A stretch of DNA of 64,000 bases from positions 8,139-72,138 of the forward strand of contig CAZODN010000001.1 of NCBI GenBank assembly GCA_964578545.1. The letters are read 5' to 3'. Source of the DNA: an uncultured Gaiellales bacterium (lineage in GTDB: Bacteria > Actinomycetota > Thermoleophilia > Gaiellales > Gaiellaceae). This document shows positions 1-8,408 of this stretch, piece after piece (positions within the stretch are counted from its first letter, which is position 1; the number at the start of each line of letters is the position of its first letter). Both the position numbers and the translations under genes were made by a program. Under the pieces are notes generated by a model that did not search any database, had not been told where the DNA came from, and worked only from the letters and a program-made list of their open reading frames with translations.

Positions 1-240
1 CTGCACGCGCGCTCCGCTCTCGGCTACGAGATCCGCTCCCGTGATGCCGCAGTCCACGACACCGTCCTGCACGTACTCGGGGATGTCCGCCGCGCGCACG
101 AGCAGCACGTCGACGGGTGCGTTCCGACACGGGAAGGCGAGCGCGCGCTCGCCCGGCTGCTCGGGGCCGAGTCCCGCGTCCTCGAGGAGCGCAACCGCTG
201 GGTCGCGCAGGCGTCCCTTCGCCGGGACCGCGATCGTCAA
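1..240 (-). CDS. hisG: ATP phosphoribosyltransferase, N-terminal 80 codons (gene runs off the left edge)
   Basis: Absent from the ORF track because it is edge-truncated. Reverse translation from TTG at 240..238 gives MTIAVPAKGRLRDPAVALLEDAGL...VDVLLVRAADIPEYVQDGVVDCGITGADLVAE, the conserved HisG N-terminus. The TTG start overlaps the TGA of the upstream gene (TTGA). Confidence 0.85.
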   Translation of the reverse strand, partial: MTIAVPAKGRLRDPAVALLEDAGLGPEQPGERALAFPCRNAPVDVLLVRAADIPEYVQDGVVDCGITGADLVAESGARVQ

Positions 241-566
241 CCGGGGCGGGTCCTGGGCTTCCGCCTCCGGCGATCGAGCACGAGCCGGTACCCGCCCGCC
301 CCGCGCTTCAGCCACTGCGCCACTCTCGTCACCGTCGTCGTCGAGGCGCCCGTGCGCGCCGCGACCTCGAGGTAGGGCAGGCCCTGGTCGAGGAGCCGCG
401 CCGCCTGCCAGCGATGCGTCAGCGCCTCGATCTCCTGGATCGTGCACAGATCCCTGAAGAACCGCTGCGCCTCGTCCTGCGTCCGCAGGCTGAGGATCGC
501 ATCGAAGAGATCGGCCGTCTCGTCGCTCTGCCACGCGTGGGGAACCTCGTCGCTGGTCGTCGTCAT
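237..566 (-). CDS. TrpR-like YerC/YecD family DNA-binding protein (109 aa)
   Basis: This is the tail of track ORF 237..1640(-), starting at ATG 566..564: MTTTSDEVPHAWQSDETADLFDAILSLRTQDEAQRFFRDLCTIQEIEALTHRWQAARLLDQGLPYLEVAARTGASTTTVTRVAQWLKRG. That is the typical Trp-repressor/YerC fold signature. The rest of the 467-aa ORF is Arg/Ala-rich and antisense to hisA. Confidence 0.8.
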   Translation of the reverse strand: MTTTSDEVPHAWQSDETADLFDAILSLRTQDEAQRFFRDLCTIQEIEALTHRWQAARLLDQGLPYLEVAARTGASTTTVTRVAQWLKRGAGGYRLVLDRRRRKPRTRPG

Positions 567-575
567 AGGACAGCA

Positions 576-591
576 TGTTAGCATGCTAACA
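576..591. promoter_or_regulatory. Perfect 16-bp palindrome TGTTAGCATGCTAACA in the 27-bp gap between the divergent yerC-like and hisA starts (candidate operator)
   Basis: Read directly: the sequence at 576..591 equals its own reverse complement. It is AT-richer than its surroundings and fills almost the whole intergenic gap. Confidence 0.45.
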
Positions 592-593
592 CG

Positions 594-1319
594 ATGGGAG
601 CGATGGAGACGAAAGCCCCGTTTCGCGTGCTCCCGGCGATCGACATCCTCGACACGGAGGCGGTGAGGCTCGTGCGCGGCTCGTACGACGACGTCGCGCT
701 CCGCGCACCCGACCCGTTCGCCCTCGTCGAGCGCGTGGTCCAGGCGGGTGCCGAGCTGGTGCACCTGGTCGACCTCACGGCCGCCCGCTCGGGGCGCATC
801 CGTCCCGAGATCGTGCGCCGTGCGAGCGCCAGCGCCGGAGCTGCCCGGATCCAGGCGTCCGGGGGCATCCGTTCGGTCGAGGACGCCGCGGCGCTCCTCG
901 ATGCGGGGGCCGCGCGCGTCGTCGTCGGCACTGCGGCCTTCGGCGAGAACGATCTCCTCGAGCGCCTCGTCGACGGGCTCGGAGAGCAGCTCGTCGTGGC
1001 GCTGGACGTACGGGACGGGCACATCGCCGTCCACGGCTGGCTCCAGTCGACCACGATCGACGTCGCGGCCGGTGTCGCCCGATGCCTCGCGGCGGGCGTT
1101 CCGCGCCTCCTCTGCACGAGCATCGAGCGCGACGGAACGCTCGCCGGGCCGGCGCTCGACCTGCTCGACGAGGTCGTTCGGACGTCCGGGCTTCCCGTCG
1201 TCGCAGCAGGCGGCATCAGATCGCTCGACGACGTCGCCGCGGTCGAGGCCGTCGGCTGCGAAGCGGCGATCGTGGGGCGCGCGCTGCTCGAAGGCGACGT
1301 CCCGCTGAGTGCTCTCTGA
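594..1319 (+). CDS. hisA: HisA/PriA-type ProFAR isomerase (TIM barrel)
   Basis: 241 aa. VLPAIDILDTEAVRLVRGSYDD...HLVDLTAARSG...ASGGIRSVEDAAALLDAGAARVVVGTAAF...ERDGTLAGPALDLL...VAAGGIRSLDDV...IVGRALLEG matches the HisA consensus along the full length. Confidence 0.85.
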   Translation: MGAMETKAPFRVLPAIDILDTEAVRLVRGSYDDVALRAPDPFALVERVVQAGAELVHLVDLTAARSGRIRPEIVRRASASAGAARIQASGGIRSVEDAAALLDAGAARVVVGTAAFGENDLLERLVDGLGEQLVVALDVRDGHIAVHGWLQSTTIDVAAGVARCLAAGVPRLLCTSIERDGTLAGPALDLLDEVVRTSGLPVVAAGGIRSLDDVAAVEAVGCEAAIVGRALLEGDVPLSAL

Positions 1320-1336
1320 CGTCCAGAGTCGCGCGC

Positions 1337-1700
1337 ATGGTGGACGGGCTTCGTGTCGAGCCGCGAACGGCTCCTGGGCTCGCACGGGGAGATCCGCGCG
1401 ACGATCTCGGGCTCGGCGACAAGGAGACCGCGAAGGCAGCTCGACGCGAGCTCGTGGAGCGGCTGGCGGAGCTTCAGGGAAGGCTCTTCGCCGAGAGCGC
1501 AGGAGCGTCGTGCTCGTGCTCCAGGGCATCGACGCCGCCGGCAAGGACGGCGGCGCCATCCGCTCCGCCTTCTCGGGCGTGAGCCCGCAGGGCGTCCGCG
1601 TCAGGTCGTTCCGGCACCGACCCAGACCGATCTGGCGCACGACGATCCCTGGGCCGGATCATCGGCGGACGGCGTCACCCTACGCGACCAACGCGTCGAC
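1337..1700 (+). pseudogene. Polyphosphate kinase 2 (PPK2) remnant: two frameshifts and a 3' truncation
   Basis: PPK2-like sequence is split over three frames. MVDGLRVEP...DKETAKAARRELVERLAELQGRLFAES runs in the frame of 1337. RSVVLVLQGIDAAGKDGGAIRSAFSGVSPQGVRVRSF (Walker-A-like block) runs from 1501. APTQTDLAHDDPW is in the third frame. Only about 115 of the expected roughly 270+ residues remain before the convergent gene that ends at 1706. Confidence 0.7.
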
Positions 1701-1705
1701 GCGGC

Positions 1706-2509
1706 TCAGTCGGGCCACGGGCCGGCGGACATGACCGCCTGGGCGTACTCGGCCAGCCGCTCGTCGTCGTGCCCCCTGACGTGCGCGAGGAACGGGAAGT
1801 CGCCCGGCGCCACCTCCAGGCGCGCGAACGGCGCCACGACGACGGGGCTCGCCAACTGGGGGACGCGAGCCGCATGGCCCGCGTACGTCCCGGCCGGCTG
1901 CTCCACGAAGCTCTCCCGCGGGAGGAGGTACAGGTGGCCGGTCCGCCACGGCCGCTGCGGCAGCGCCCAGCGGGAGACCGAGAAGTAGTAGGAGGTCGCG
2001 TCGGCGCCCCCCTCGGCGTCCAGCAGCACGATGCAGCCGTTGTTGAGCGTCAGCGGGTAGCGGTCGCGATCGACGACGGCGTAGAACATCGCCCAGATCG
2101 GGTCGCTCGTGGCGAAGACGGCCTTCTGGTTGCCGAACGGCGCGAAGTCGACCGGCTCGCGGGGCTCGAAGGACGCGATGTGCGGGTCGCCGGTCCCGTG
2201 GAACGCCATGGGGTAGCGGTCGGCGACTCCGGCCAGGAACTGCCAGCGCGTAACCACGGGCCGCTCGCGGAGGAACGCGTCGACGTCGAGCAGGTGACCC
2301 GCCGCCGACGCCCGAACGAGCCGCACGAACTCGTCGACCGCCGCCTCTGTATCGCCGTCGGGGCGGGGCGGAGACCACTCGATCCAGTAGTCCGGGAGCA
2401 CCGCGCGATTCTCCCAAAGGGCCCCGCTCGACGTCCGCGCCGACGCGACGACCCGGCTGCCGGCCGCACGAGCTGGACGGCCGGTCACACTCCGGGACAT
2501 GGCGGGCAT
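1706..2509 (-). CDS. Conserved-looking hypothetical protein (267 aa; start uncertain)
   Basis: Balanced, non-repetitive composition (…FHGTGDPHIASFEPREPVDFAPFGNQKAVFATSDPIWAMFYAVVDRDRYPLTLNNGCIVLL…). I recognise no domain. The N-terminal roughly 30 aa are Arg/Ala-rich, so the true start may be internal. Confidence 0.6.
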   Translation of the reverse strand: MPAMSRSVTGRPARAAGSRVVASARTSSGALWENRAVLPDYWIEWSPPRPDGDTEAAVDEFVRLVRASAAGHLLDVDAFLRERPVVTRWQFLAGVADRYPMAFHGTGDPHIASFEPREPVDFAPFGNQKAVFATSDPIWAMFYAVVDRDRYPLTLNNGCIVLLDAEGGADATSYYFSVSRWALPQRPWRTGHLYLLPRESFVEQPAGTYAGHAARVPQLASPVVVAPFARLEVAPGDFPFLAHVRGHDDERLAEYAQAVMSAGPWPD

Positions 2510-3059
2510 CGACCTCTACTGGCTGCCGCTCGGCGCGGGCGGGCGCTCGGTCCGCCTGAACGGCATCGCGTTCGAGGCCGTCGCGGCGCTGCTGCAGCGG
2601 CGGGAGAGCCGCGACCTCTACCACGCCGCCCTCGAGGTGACAACCCCGGAGGGCCGCTGGGTGATCGAGCAGGCTCCCGCGTGGGGCACCGCCGGGGAGC
2701 GGGGAGTCGTCGCGGAAGGCGCCGTGGGGCTGCGGGCGGCCAGCCGGCTGCGGGTGTTCCGCTACGAGGTGCGGTGCGGGCGCGACGGCACGATTCCCGA
2801 CGTCGCGGAGGCGGTCGAGAGCCCCCGGCGGGTCTCCGACGAGCCCAGCCGCGCACGGCGCCTTCTCGAGCTCGTGCCGCTCGCCCCGACGCCGACCTGG
2901 GGCCGCGACGAGCTCGGCGCGGGCGAGATGTGGAACTCGAACTCGCTCGTCTCGTGGCTGATCGCTCGCGCAGATATGGAGGCCGAGTCGATCCCGCTCC
3001 CCCGCGGCGGCCGCGCGCCGGGCTGGGACGCCGGGATCGTCGTCGCCCGCCGCCCGTGA
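2499..3059 (+). CDS. Hypothetical protein (186 aa), divergent from 1706..2509
   Basis: MAGIDLYWLPLGAGGRSVRLNGIAFEAVAALLQRRESRDLYHAALEV...GEMWNSNSLVSWLIA has a globular-looking composition. I cannot name a family. Confidence 0.65.
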   Translation: MAGIDLYWLPLGAGGRSVRLNGIAFEAVAALLQRRESRDLYHAALEVTTPEGRWVIEQAPAWGTAGERGVVAEGAVGLRAASRLRVFRYEVRCGRDGTIPDVAEAVESPRRVSDEPSRARRLLELVPLAPTPTWGRDELGAGEMWNSNSLVSWLIARADMEAESIPLPRGGRAPGWDAGIVVARRP

Positions 3060-3129
3060 GCGAGCGCGGCGTATGCCGAGAGCAGCCTCGGTGGTGGCCG
3101 CGTCGCTCGCGCCGGCACACCGCTCGGCG

Positions 3130-3135
3130 TAGATT
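3130..3135 (+). promoter_or_regulatory. -10-like TAGATT, 5 nt upstream of the GTG start at 3141 (leaderless-type promoter)
   Basis: The string TAGATTCCGCA immediately precedes the start codon. The same 11-mer recurs at 12915 in front of the cupin gene. Confidence 0.4.
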
Positions 3136-3140
3136 CCGCA

Positions 3141-6100
3141 GTGATGCTGTGCCCTCACTGCGGAACGGAGAACCGGGCGGACGCGAAGTTCTGCGGCGGC
3201 TGTGGCGCCGCCCTCGGGCGGGCGTGCCCGACCTGCGGAGCTGCCAACGACCCCGGCATGCGCTTCTGCACCGAGTGCGGAAGCGCGCTCGCGGAAGGGG
3301 CCACGCCACCCGCTCCCGCGGCTCCCTCGGCGTCGGCCGAGGCCTCGCCCGCCGCAGCCGCTGCAGAGCGGCGTCTCGTTTCGGTGCTCTTCGCCGACCT
3401 CGTCGGGTTCACGACCATCTCGGAGAGGCGCGACGCGGAGGAAGTCCGCGACCTCCTCTCCCGCTACTTCGACACGTGCCGCCGCCTGATCGAGCTCTAC
3501 GGCGGCACGGTGGAGAAGTTCATCGGCGACGCGGTCATGGCCGTCTGGGGAACTCCCGTGGCGACCGAGGACGATGCCGAGCGCGCCGTGCGCGCCGCGC
3601 TCGACCTCGTCGCTGCGGTGTCCGCGCTGGGGCAGGAAGTCGGGGCCGAGGAGCTCCGCGCACGCGCAGGCGTCCTCACGGGCGAGGCGGCGGTGACGAT
3701 CGGAGCGACCGGCGAGGGGATGGTCGCAGGCGACCTCGTGAACACGGCGTCACGCATCCAGTCCGTCGCGGAGCCGGGCTCGGTGTTCGTCGGCGAGCCC
3801 ACCCGGCGCGCCACCGAGCAGGCGATCGTCTACGAGGACGCGGGCACGTTCGAGCTCAAGGGAAAGGAAGGCGAGACCCCGCTCTGGAAGGCGCTCCGCA
3901 TCGTCTCGGGCGTCGGCGGACAGCTGAAGTCGCAGGGGCTCGAGGCGCCGTTCGTCGGCCGCGACAGGGAGCTGCGCCAGATCAAGGACCTCTTCCACAT
4001 CTGCGCCGAGGAGGGCCGCGCCCAGCTCGTCTCCGTGACCGGGATCGCCGGCATCGGCAAGTCCCGGCTCGCGTGGGAGTTCTACAAGTACTTCGACGGC
4101 CTGAAGCAGATCGTCTACTGGCACCGGGGCCGCTGCCTCGCCTACGGCGAAGGCGTCACCTACTGGGCGCTCGCGGACATGGTGCGGATGCGCTGCCGGA
4201 TCGCCGAGGACGACGAGCCGGCCGCCGCGCTGGCAAAGCTCCACGCGGCGCTCGAGGAGCACCTCCTCGACTCCGAGGAGCGGCAGTTCGTCGAGCCGCG
4301 GCTCGCACAGCTCCTCGGCCTCGGGGGACAGGAGACCGGCGAGCGGCAGGACCTGTTCGCCGCCTGGCGACTCTTCTTCGAGCGGCTCGCCGACACCTAC
4401 CCCACCATCCTCGCCTTCGAGGACATGCAGTGGGCGGACGAAGCGCTGCTCGACTTCGTCGAGTACCTGCTCGAGTGGTCGCGGAACCACCCGCTGTACG
4501 TGGTCACGCTCGCCCGGCCGGAGCTCCTCGAGCGACGGCCGACGTGGGGCGCCGGGCACCGCAACTTCACGTCGCTCTACCTCGAGCCGCTCTCGACCCA
4601 GGCCATGGAGGACCTCCTCGGCGGCCTCGTTCCGGGCCTGCCCGCCGACCTACGCGACCGGATCCTCGACCGCGCCGAGGGCGTGCCGCTGTACGCGGTG
4701 GAGACGGTGCGCATGCTGCTCGACCGGGGGCTCCTGGTCGAGGACGGCGCCGCCTACCGCGTCGTGGGCGAGGTGGGCGCGCTCGAGGTGCCGGAGACCC
4801 TGCACGCCCTCATCGCCGCCCGGCTGGACGGGCTCGCGCCCGAGGAGCGCCAGATCCTCGGGGACGCTGCCGTGCTCGGAAAGACGTTCACGCTCGCAGG
4901 GCTGGCGGCGCTCACCGGCATGGAGAGGGACTCCCTCGAGGAGATCCTCGGAGGGCTCGTGCGACGGGAGGTCTTGAGCCTCCAGTCCGACCCGCGCTCG
5001 CCCGAGCACGGTCAGTACGGGTTCCTGCAGGACCTTCTGCGCCACGTCGCGTACGAGACGCTCCCGAAGCGAGAACGGCGCCTGAAGCACCTCGCGGCTG
5101 CCGATCACCTCTCCACGTCGCTGAGCGAGGACGAGGTGGCCGAGGTCGTCGCCTCGCACCTCCTCGACGCGTACAGGCTCGATCCGGACGCGGAAGACGC
5201 CGCCGCCGTGCGCGTGCGCGCCCACGCGGCGTTCGCACGGGCCGGCGAGCGAGCGCAGTCGCTCGGCGCCGCGGCAGAAGCGCAGCGCTACTTCGAACAG
5301 GCCGGCGAGCTGGCCGAGGAGCCGCGGGAGCAAGCGGCGTCGTTCTTCCGCGCAGGGGAAATGGCAGCCCGAACCGGGGCGATCGACCGCGCGGGCGCCC
5401 TCTACGAGCGCGCGCTCGTCCTCTACGACGCGGTCGGCGCAACGCACCCGGCGGCGCGCGTGTCCGCGTCGCTCGCCTGGGTGGAGCAGACGATGGGTCA
5501 CCTCGATCAGGCCATCGAGCGCATGGAGCGGGCGTACGAGGTGATCGCGGACGACGAGCTCGACGCGGACACGGCCTACCTGCTGACCCGACTCGGCAAC
5601 TCCCACTCGTTCGCAGGGAACCTGGAGCGCGCGCTGGAGCACACGGAGCGGGGGCTGGACCTGGCCGAGGCGCTGCAGGTCGCGGAGCCGCTCTGCCGGG
5701 GCTGGATGACCAAGGCCACGATCATCCTGCCTCGACGTCCCGAGGAAGCGCGCGCGCTGTACCAGCTCGCGCTCGACACGGCGCTTCGAAACGACGACCT
5801 CCGGCAGGCGGGCGTGGCGGCCGCCAGCCTGTCCGACCTCGGCTTCCACCGCGACGGGTATGCCAACTCGCTCCGCTACCTCGAGCAGTCGATCGAGCTC
5901 GCCCGGAGGATCGGCGACCGAAGAGGCGAGTGGTTCGTGCTCAGCGAGATGAGCTACGCGCTCACGATGCTCGGGCGCTGGGACGAGGCGCTCGGTCGCC
6001 TGGCAGAGATCCCCGAGGAGCGACTGAGCCTCGGGGCCAACGTCGTCAGCCCGCTCACCGGTGTGATCGAGGTGTACGTGCACCGTGGCCGGCTCGACGA

Positions 6101-6695
6101 CGCGCGCACGTTGCTCTCGCGGTACGGCGAGATCGAGGAGCTCGCGAGCTCCGTCGACGTGCAGACGCAGGGCTGCTACTGGGGTGCCGTCGCAGCCGTC
6201 CGCCTCGCCGAGGGCGACACCCGGGCGGCGCTCGCCGCGGGCGAGCGTGCGTACGGCGGCCACCCGGTGCTCGGCTTCGGATCCCAGGACGTCAAGCAGG
6301 GGCTCACGCACGCGCTCGAGGCCGCGCTCGCGCTCGGCGACCGCGACAGGGCCGACGAGCTGCTCGCGCCCGTGGAGCAGCTCCCGGTCGGCCTTCGCCC
6401 GCCCCTGCTCACCGCGCTCGCCCATCGCTTCCGCGCCCGTCTCGCCGGTGAGAGCGCCGAGGCCGACGACGAGTCCTCGGCGGCGGCCACGGCCTTCCGC
6501 GAGCTCGCGCTCCCCTTCCATCTCGCGGTCGTCCAGCTCGAGCACGGCGAGTGGCTCGCGGCGCAAGGCCGTCCGGCGGACGCCGACGAGCTGCTGGCCC
6601 AGGCGCGAGAGACGTTCGAGGACCTCGGCGCGACGCCCTGGGTGGAGAGAGCCACGGCGGCCGCTCCGGCGCGCTCCGAGCCGATCTCGGCCTGA
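3141..6695 (+). CDS. Multidomain signalling protein: double zinc ribbon, class III adenylate/guanylate cyclase, AAA/STAND ATPase, TPR array (1184 aa)
   Basis: Zinc ribbons: CPHCGTENRADAKFCGGCG and CPTCGAANDPGMRFCTECG. Cyclase block: RRLVSVLFADLVGFTTISERRDAEEVRDLLSRYFD...GGTVEKFIGDAVMAVWG. P-loop: VTGIAGIGKSRL. A long C-terminal helical/TPR-like region follows. No LuxR-type HTH is seen at the C-terminus. Confidence 0.9.
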   Translation: MMLCPHCGTENRADAKFCGGCGAALGRACPTCGAANDPGMRFCTECGSALAEGATPPAPAAPSASAEASPAAAAAERRLVSVLFADLVGFTTISERRDAEEVRDLLSRYFDTCRRLIELYGGTVEKFIGDAVMAVWGTPVATEDDAERAVRAALDLVAAVSALGQEVGAEELRARAGVLTGEAAVTIGATGEGMVAGDLVNTASRIQSVAEPGSVFVGEPTRRATEQAIVYEDAGTFELKGKEGETPLWKALRIVSGVGGQLKSQGLEAPFVGRDRELRQIKDLFHICAEEGRAQLVSVTGIAGIGKSRLAWEFYKYFDGLKQIVYWHRGRCLAYGEGVTYWALADMVRMRCRIAEDDEPAAALAKLHAALEEHLLDSEERQFVEPRLAQLLGLGGQETGERQDLFAAWRLFFERLADTYPTILAFEDMQWADEALLDFVEYLLEWSRNHPLYVVTLARPELLERRPTWGAGHRNFTSLYLEPLSTQAMEDLLGGLVPGLPADLRDRILDRAEGVPLYAVETVRMLLDRGLLVEDGAAYRVVGEVGALEVPETLHALIAARLDGLAPEERQILGDAAVLGKTFTLAGLAALTGMERDSLEEILGGLVRREVLSLQSDPRSPEHGQYGFLQDLLRHVAYETLPKRERRLKHLAAADHLSTSLSEDEVAEVVASHLLDAYRLDPDAEDAAAVRVRAHAAFARAGERAQSLGAAAEAQRYFEQAGELAEEPREQAASFFRAGEMAARTGAIDRAGALYERALVLYDAVGATHPAARVSASLAWVEQTMGHLDQAIERMERAYEVIADDELDADTAYLLTRLGNSHSFAGNLERALEHTERGLDLAEALQVAEPLCRGWMTKATIILPRRPEEARALYQLALDTALRNDDLRQAGVAAASLSDLGFHRDGYANSLRYLEQSIELARRIGDRRGEWFVLSEMSYALTMLGRWDEALGRLAEIPEERLSLGANVVSPLTGVIEVYVHRGRLDDARTLLSRYGEIEELASSVDVQTQGCYWGAVAAVRLAEGDTRAALAAGERAYGGHPVLGFGSQDVKQGLTHALEAALALGDRDRADELLAPVEQLPVGLRPPLLTALAHRFRARLAGESAEADDESSAAATAFRELALPFHLAVVQLEHGEWLAAQGRPADADELLAQARETFEDLGATPWVERATAAAPARSEPISA

Positions 6696-6702
6696 GCTCT
6701 CC

Positions 6703-7371
6703 TCACGCCCCGTCGCGGAGCCGCTCCAGGCCGGTCAGGATGAGGTCGAGCCCGAGCTCGAACCCGCCCTCCGCCCCCGGCGGCGGATCGAGGTGCTGCC
6801 GGACGTGCTCGACGAGGTCGGGGTACTCGTCCGCCGGCAGCTGCTCGAGGAACCTGCTCGCCATCCCCGCGAGCTCGTCCCCGCTGTACGGGAAGCTCTG
6901 GTGCTGGACCGTGGCCCCGAGCACGTAGGCATCGAGGATGTGCAGCGCGTGGTAGACGAGATCCTGCGAGAGGCCGGCCTCGCGGAGCGTCCGCAGGATC
7001 CAGTCCGTGCGCCTGAGCTGCGCGGGCCCTCCGCTCTGGCGCGACATCCACAGGCCCGAGGCCCACGGGTGCCGCCGCAGGACGTCCCGGTTCGAGATCG
7101 CGCTCCGGCGCAACGCGGCCTTCCAGTCGGCCTCGTCCGTCGGCAGCTCGATCTCGCCCACGACGATCTCGATCATCCCCGCGAGGATCTCGTCCTTGTT
7201 CGCGACGTGGTTGTAGAGGGACATCGCCTCGACACCGAGCTCCTTCGCGAGCCGGCGCATGCTGAGGGCGTCGAGGCCCTCGGCGTCGGCGAGCTCCACG
7301 GCCGCGTGCAGGACTCGCTCCTTGCTCAGAGGAGCCCTGGGTGCTGCGCTCGCATCGCTCCGGCTCGTCAT
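6703..7371 (-). CDS. TetR/AcrR family transcriptional regulator
   Basis: RAPLSKERVLHAAVELADAEGLDALSMRRLAKELGVEAMSLYNHVANKDEILAGMIE is a TetR HTH. I prefer the start at ATG 7371 (MTSRSD). The track start at 7392 would overlap the TTGACA box. Confidence 0.85.
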   Translation of the reverse strand: MTSRSDASAAPRAPLSKERVLHAAVELADAEGLDALSMRRLAKELGVEAMSLYNHVANKDEILAGMIEIVVGEIELPTDEADWKAALRRSAISNRDVLRRHPWASGLWMSRQSGGPAQLRRTDWILRTLREAGLSQDLVYHALHILDAYVLGATVQHQSFPYSGDELAGMASRFLEQLPADEYPDLVEHVRQHLDPPPGAEGGFELGLDLILTGLERLRDGA

Positions 7372-7385
7372 CGACTCGCCTCCGC

Positions 7386-7438
7386 TTGACATGCTGACGG
7401 CGGAAGTCTAACGTACAGCGTACGCTTACACTGTACGT
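7386..7438 (+). promoter_or_regulatory. Promoter TTGACA-17 nt-TAACGT with an overlapping inverted repeat ACGTACAG-N12-CTGTACGT (candidate TetR operator)
   Basis: TTGACA lies at 7386..7391 and TAACGT at 7409..7414, with a 17-nt spacer. The 8-bp inverted-repeat arms lie at 7411..7418 and 7431..7438, with an inner GCGTACGC palindrome. The site sits between the divergent TetR and oxidoreductase genes. Confidence 0.55.
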
Positions 7439-7454
7439 CAGGAAGGGGCCGAGA

Positions 7455-8408
7455 GTGAGAGCAGTCGTCCACGACAGGTACGGGCCGCCGGAGGTCCTGC
7501 GCGTCGAAGAGGTCGAGCCGCCCGTGCCGGCGGACGACGAGGTCCTCGTGCGGGTCCACGCGACGACGGTCTCGCAGACCGACTGCCACATGCGCCGGGC
7601 ACGGCCGCTCATGTGGCGCTTCATGCTCGGGTTTCGGAAGCCGAAGCGTCGGACCTTGGGCTCCGAGTTCGCGGGCGAGGTCGACGCCGTCGGCGGAGGC
7701 GTCACCACGCTCGCCCCGGGCGACCGCGTGTTCGGCATGCGCACGGGTGCGCACGCCGAGCTCGTCCGGGTGCGCGAGGCAGGCGTGATCGCGCGGATGC
7801 CGGACGGGTGGACGTTCGAGGAGGCGGCAGCAGTGTGCGACGGAGCGTTCCAGGCGCTCGGCCACCTCCGCGCAGGCGGGGTCGGCGAGGGCACGCGACT
7901 CCTCGTGTACGGGGCCTCGGGCTCGTGCGGGACGGCCGCCGTCCAGATCGGCCGGCACCTCGGCGCGCACGTCACCGCCGTGTGCGGGCCGAACGCCCTC
8001 GAGCTCGTCCGCTCGCTCGGCGCCGACGAGGTGATCGACTACACGGAGGAGGACTTCACGAGGAACGGCGAGACCTACGAGGTGATCCTCGACGCGGTCG
8101 GAAAGCACTCGTTCTTCCGCTGTCGGCGGTCTCTGGCGCCGGGCGGACGCTTCGTGGCCACCGATCGCCTCTACAACCTTCCCCTCTCGCTCGTGACGCG
8201 ACTCTCCGGACGGAAGGTCGTGTTCGACATGTCCCGCCCGAAGAAGGCCGACATCGTCGTCCTGCGGTCGTTGCTGGAGGCCGGCGAGTACCGCGCCGTG
8301 GTCGATCGCACGTACCCGCTCGAGGACGTCGTCGAGGCGACCCGGTACGTCGACACCTGGCAGAAGACCGGCAACGTCGTGCTCACGCTGAGCGGGGGTG
8401 CGCGATGA
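7455..8408 (+). CDS. MDR-family NAD(P)H quinone oxidoreductase / zinc-type alcohol dehydrogenase-like protein
   Basis: 317 aa. YGPPEVLRVEEVEPPVPADDEVLVRVHATTV...LVYGASGSCGTAAVQIG...GNVVLT is the typical quinone oxidoreductase layout. Confidence 0.85.
   Translation: MRAVVHDRYGPPEVLRVEEVEPPVPADDEVLVRVHATTVSQTDCHMRRARPLMWRFMLGFRKPKRRTLGSEFAGEVDAVGGGVTTLAPGDRVFGMRTGAHAELVRVREAGVIARMPDGWTFEEAAAVCDGAFQALGHLRAGGVGEGTRLLVYGASGSCGTAAVQIGRHLGAHVTAVCGPNALELVRSLGADEVIDYTEEDFTRNGETYEVILDAVGKHSFFRCRRSLAPGGRFVATDRLYNLPLSLVTRLSGRKVVFDMSRPKKADIVVLRSLLEAGEYRAVVDRTYPLEDVVEATRYVDTWQKTGNVVLTLSGGAR

Noticed and set aside
1337-1700. Programmed ribosomal frameshifting in the PPK2-like sequence
   Set aside because: Two shifts in different directions, no slippery-site or stimulator arrangement, and loss of the C-terminal half of the protein fit gene decay rather than recoding.
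1769-6451. 1560-aa track ORF on the plus strand, overlapping the hypothetical genes and the cyclase gene in another frame
   Set aside because: The composition is extreme (runs of R, G, A and P) and no recognisable motif is present. The alternative frame over 3141..6695 encodes clear zinc-ribbon, cyclase, P-loop and TPR motifs. This is a typical GC-driven open frame.
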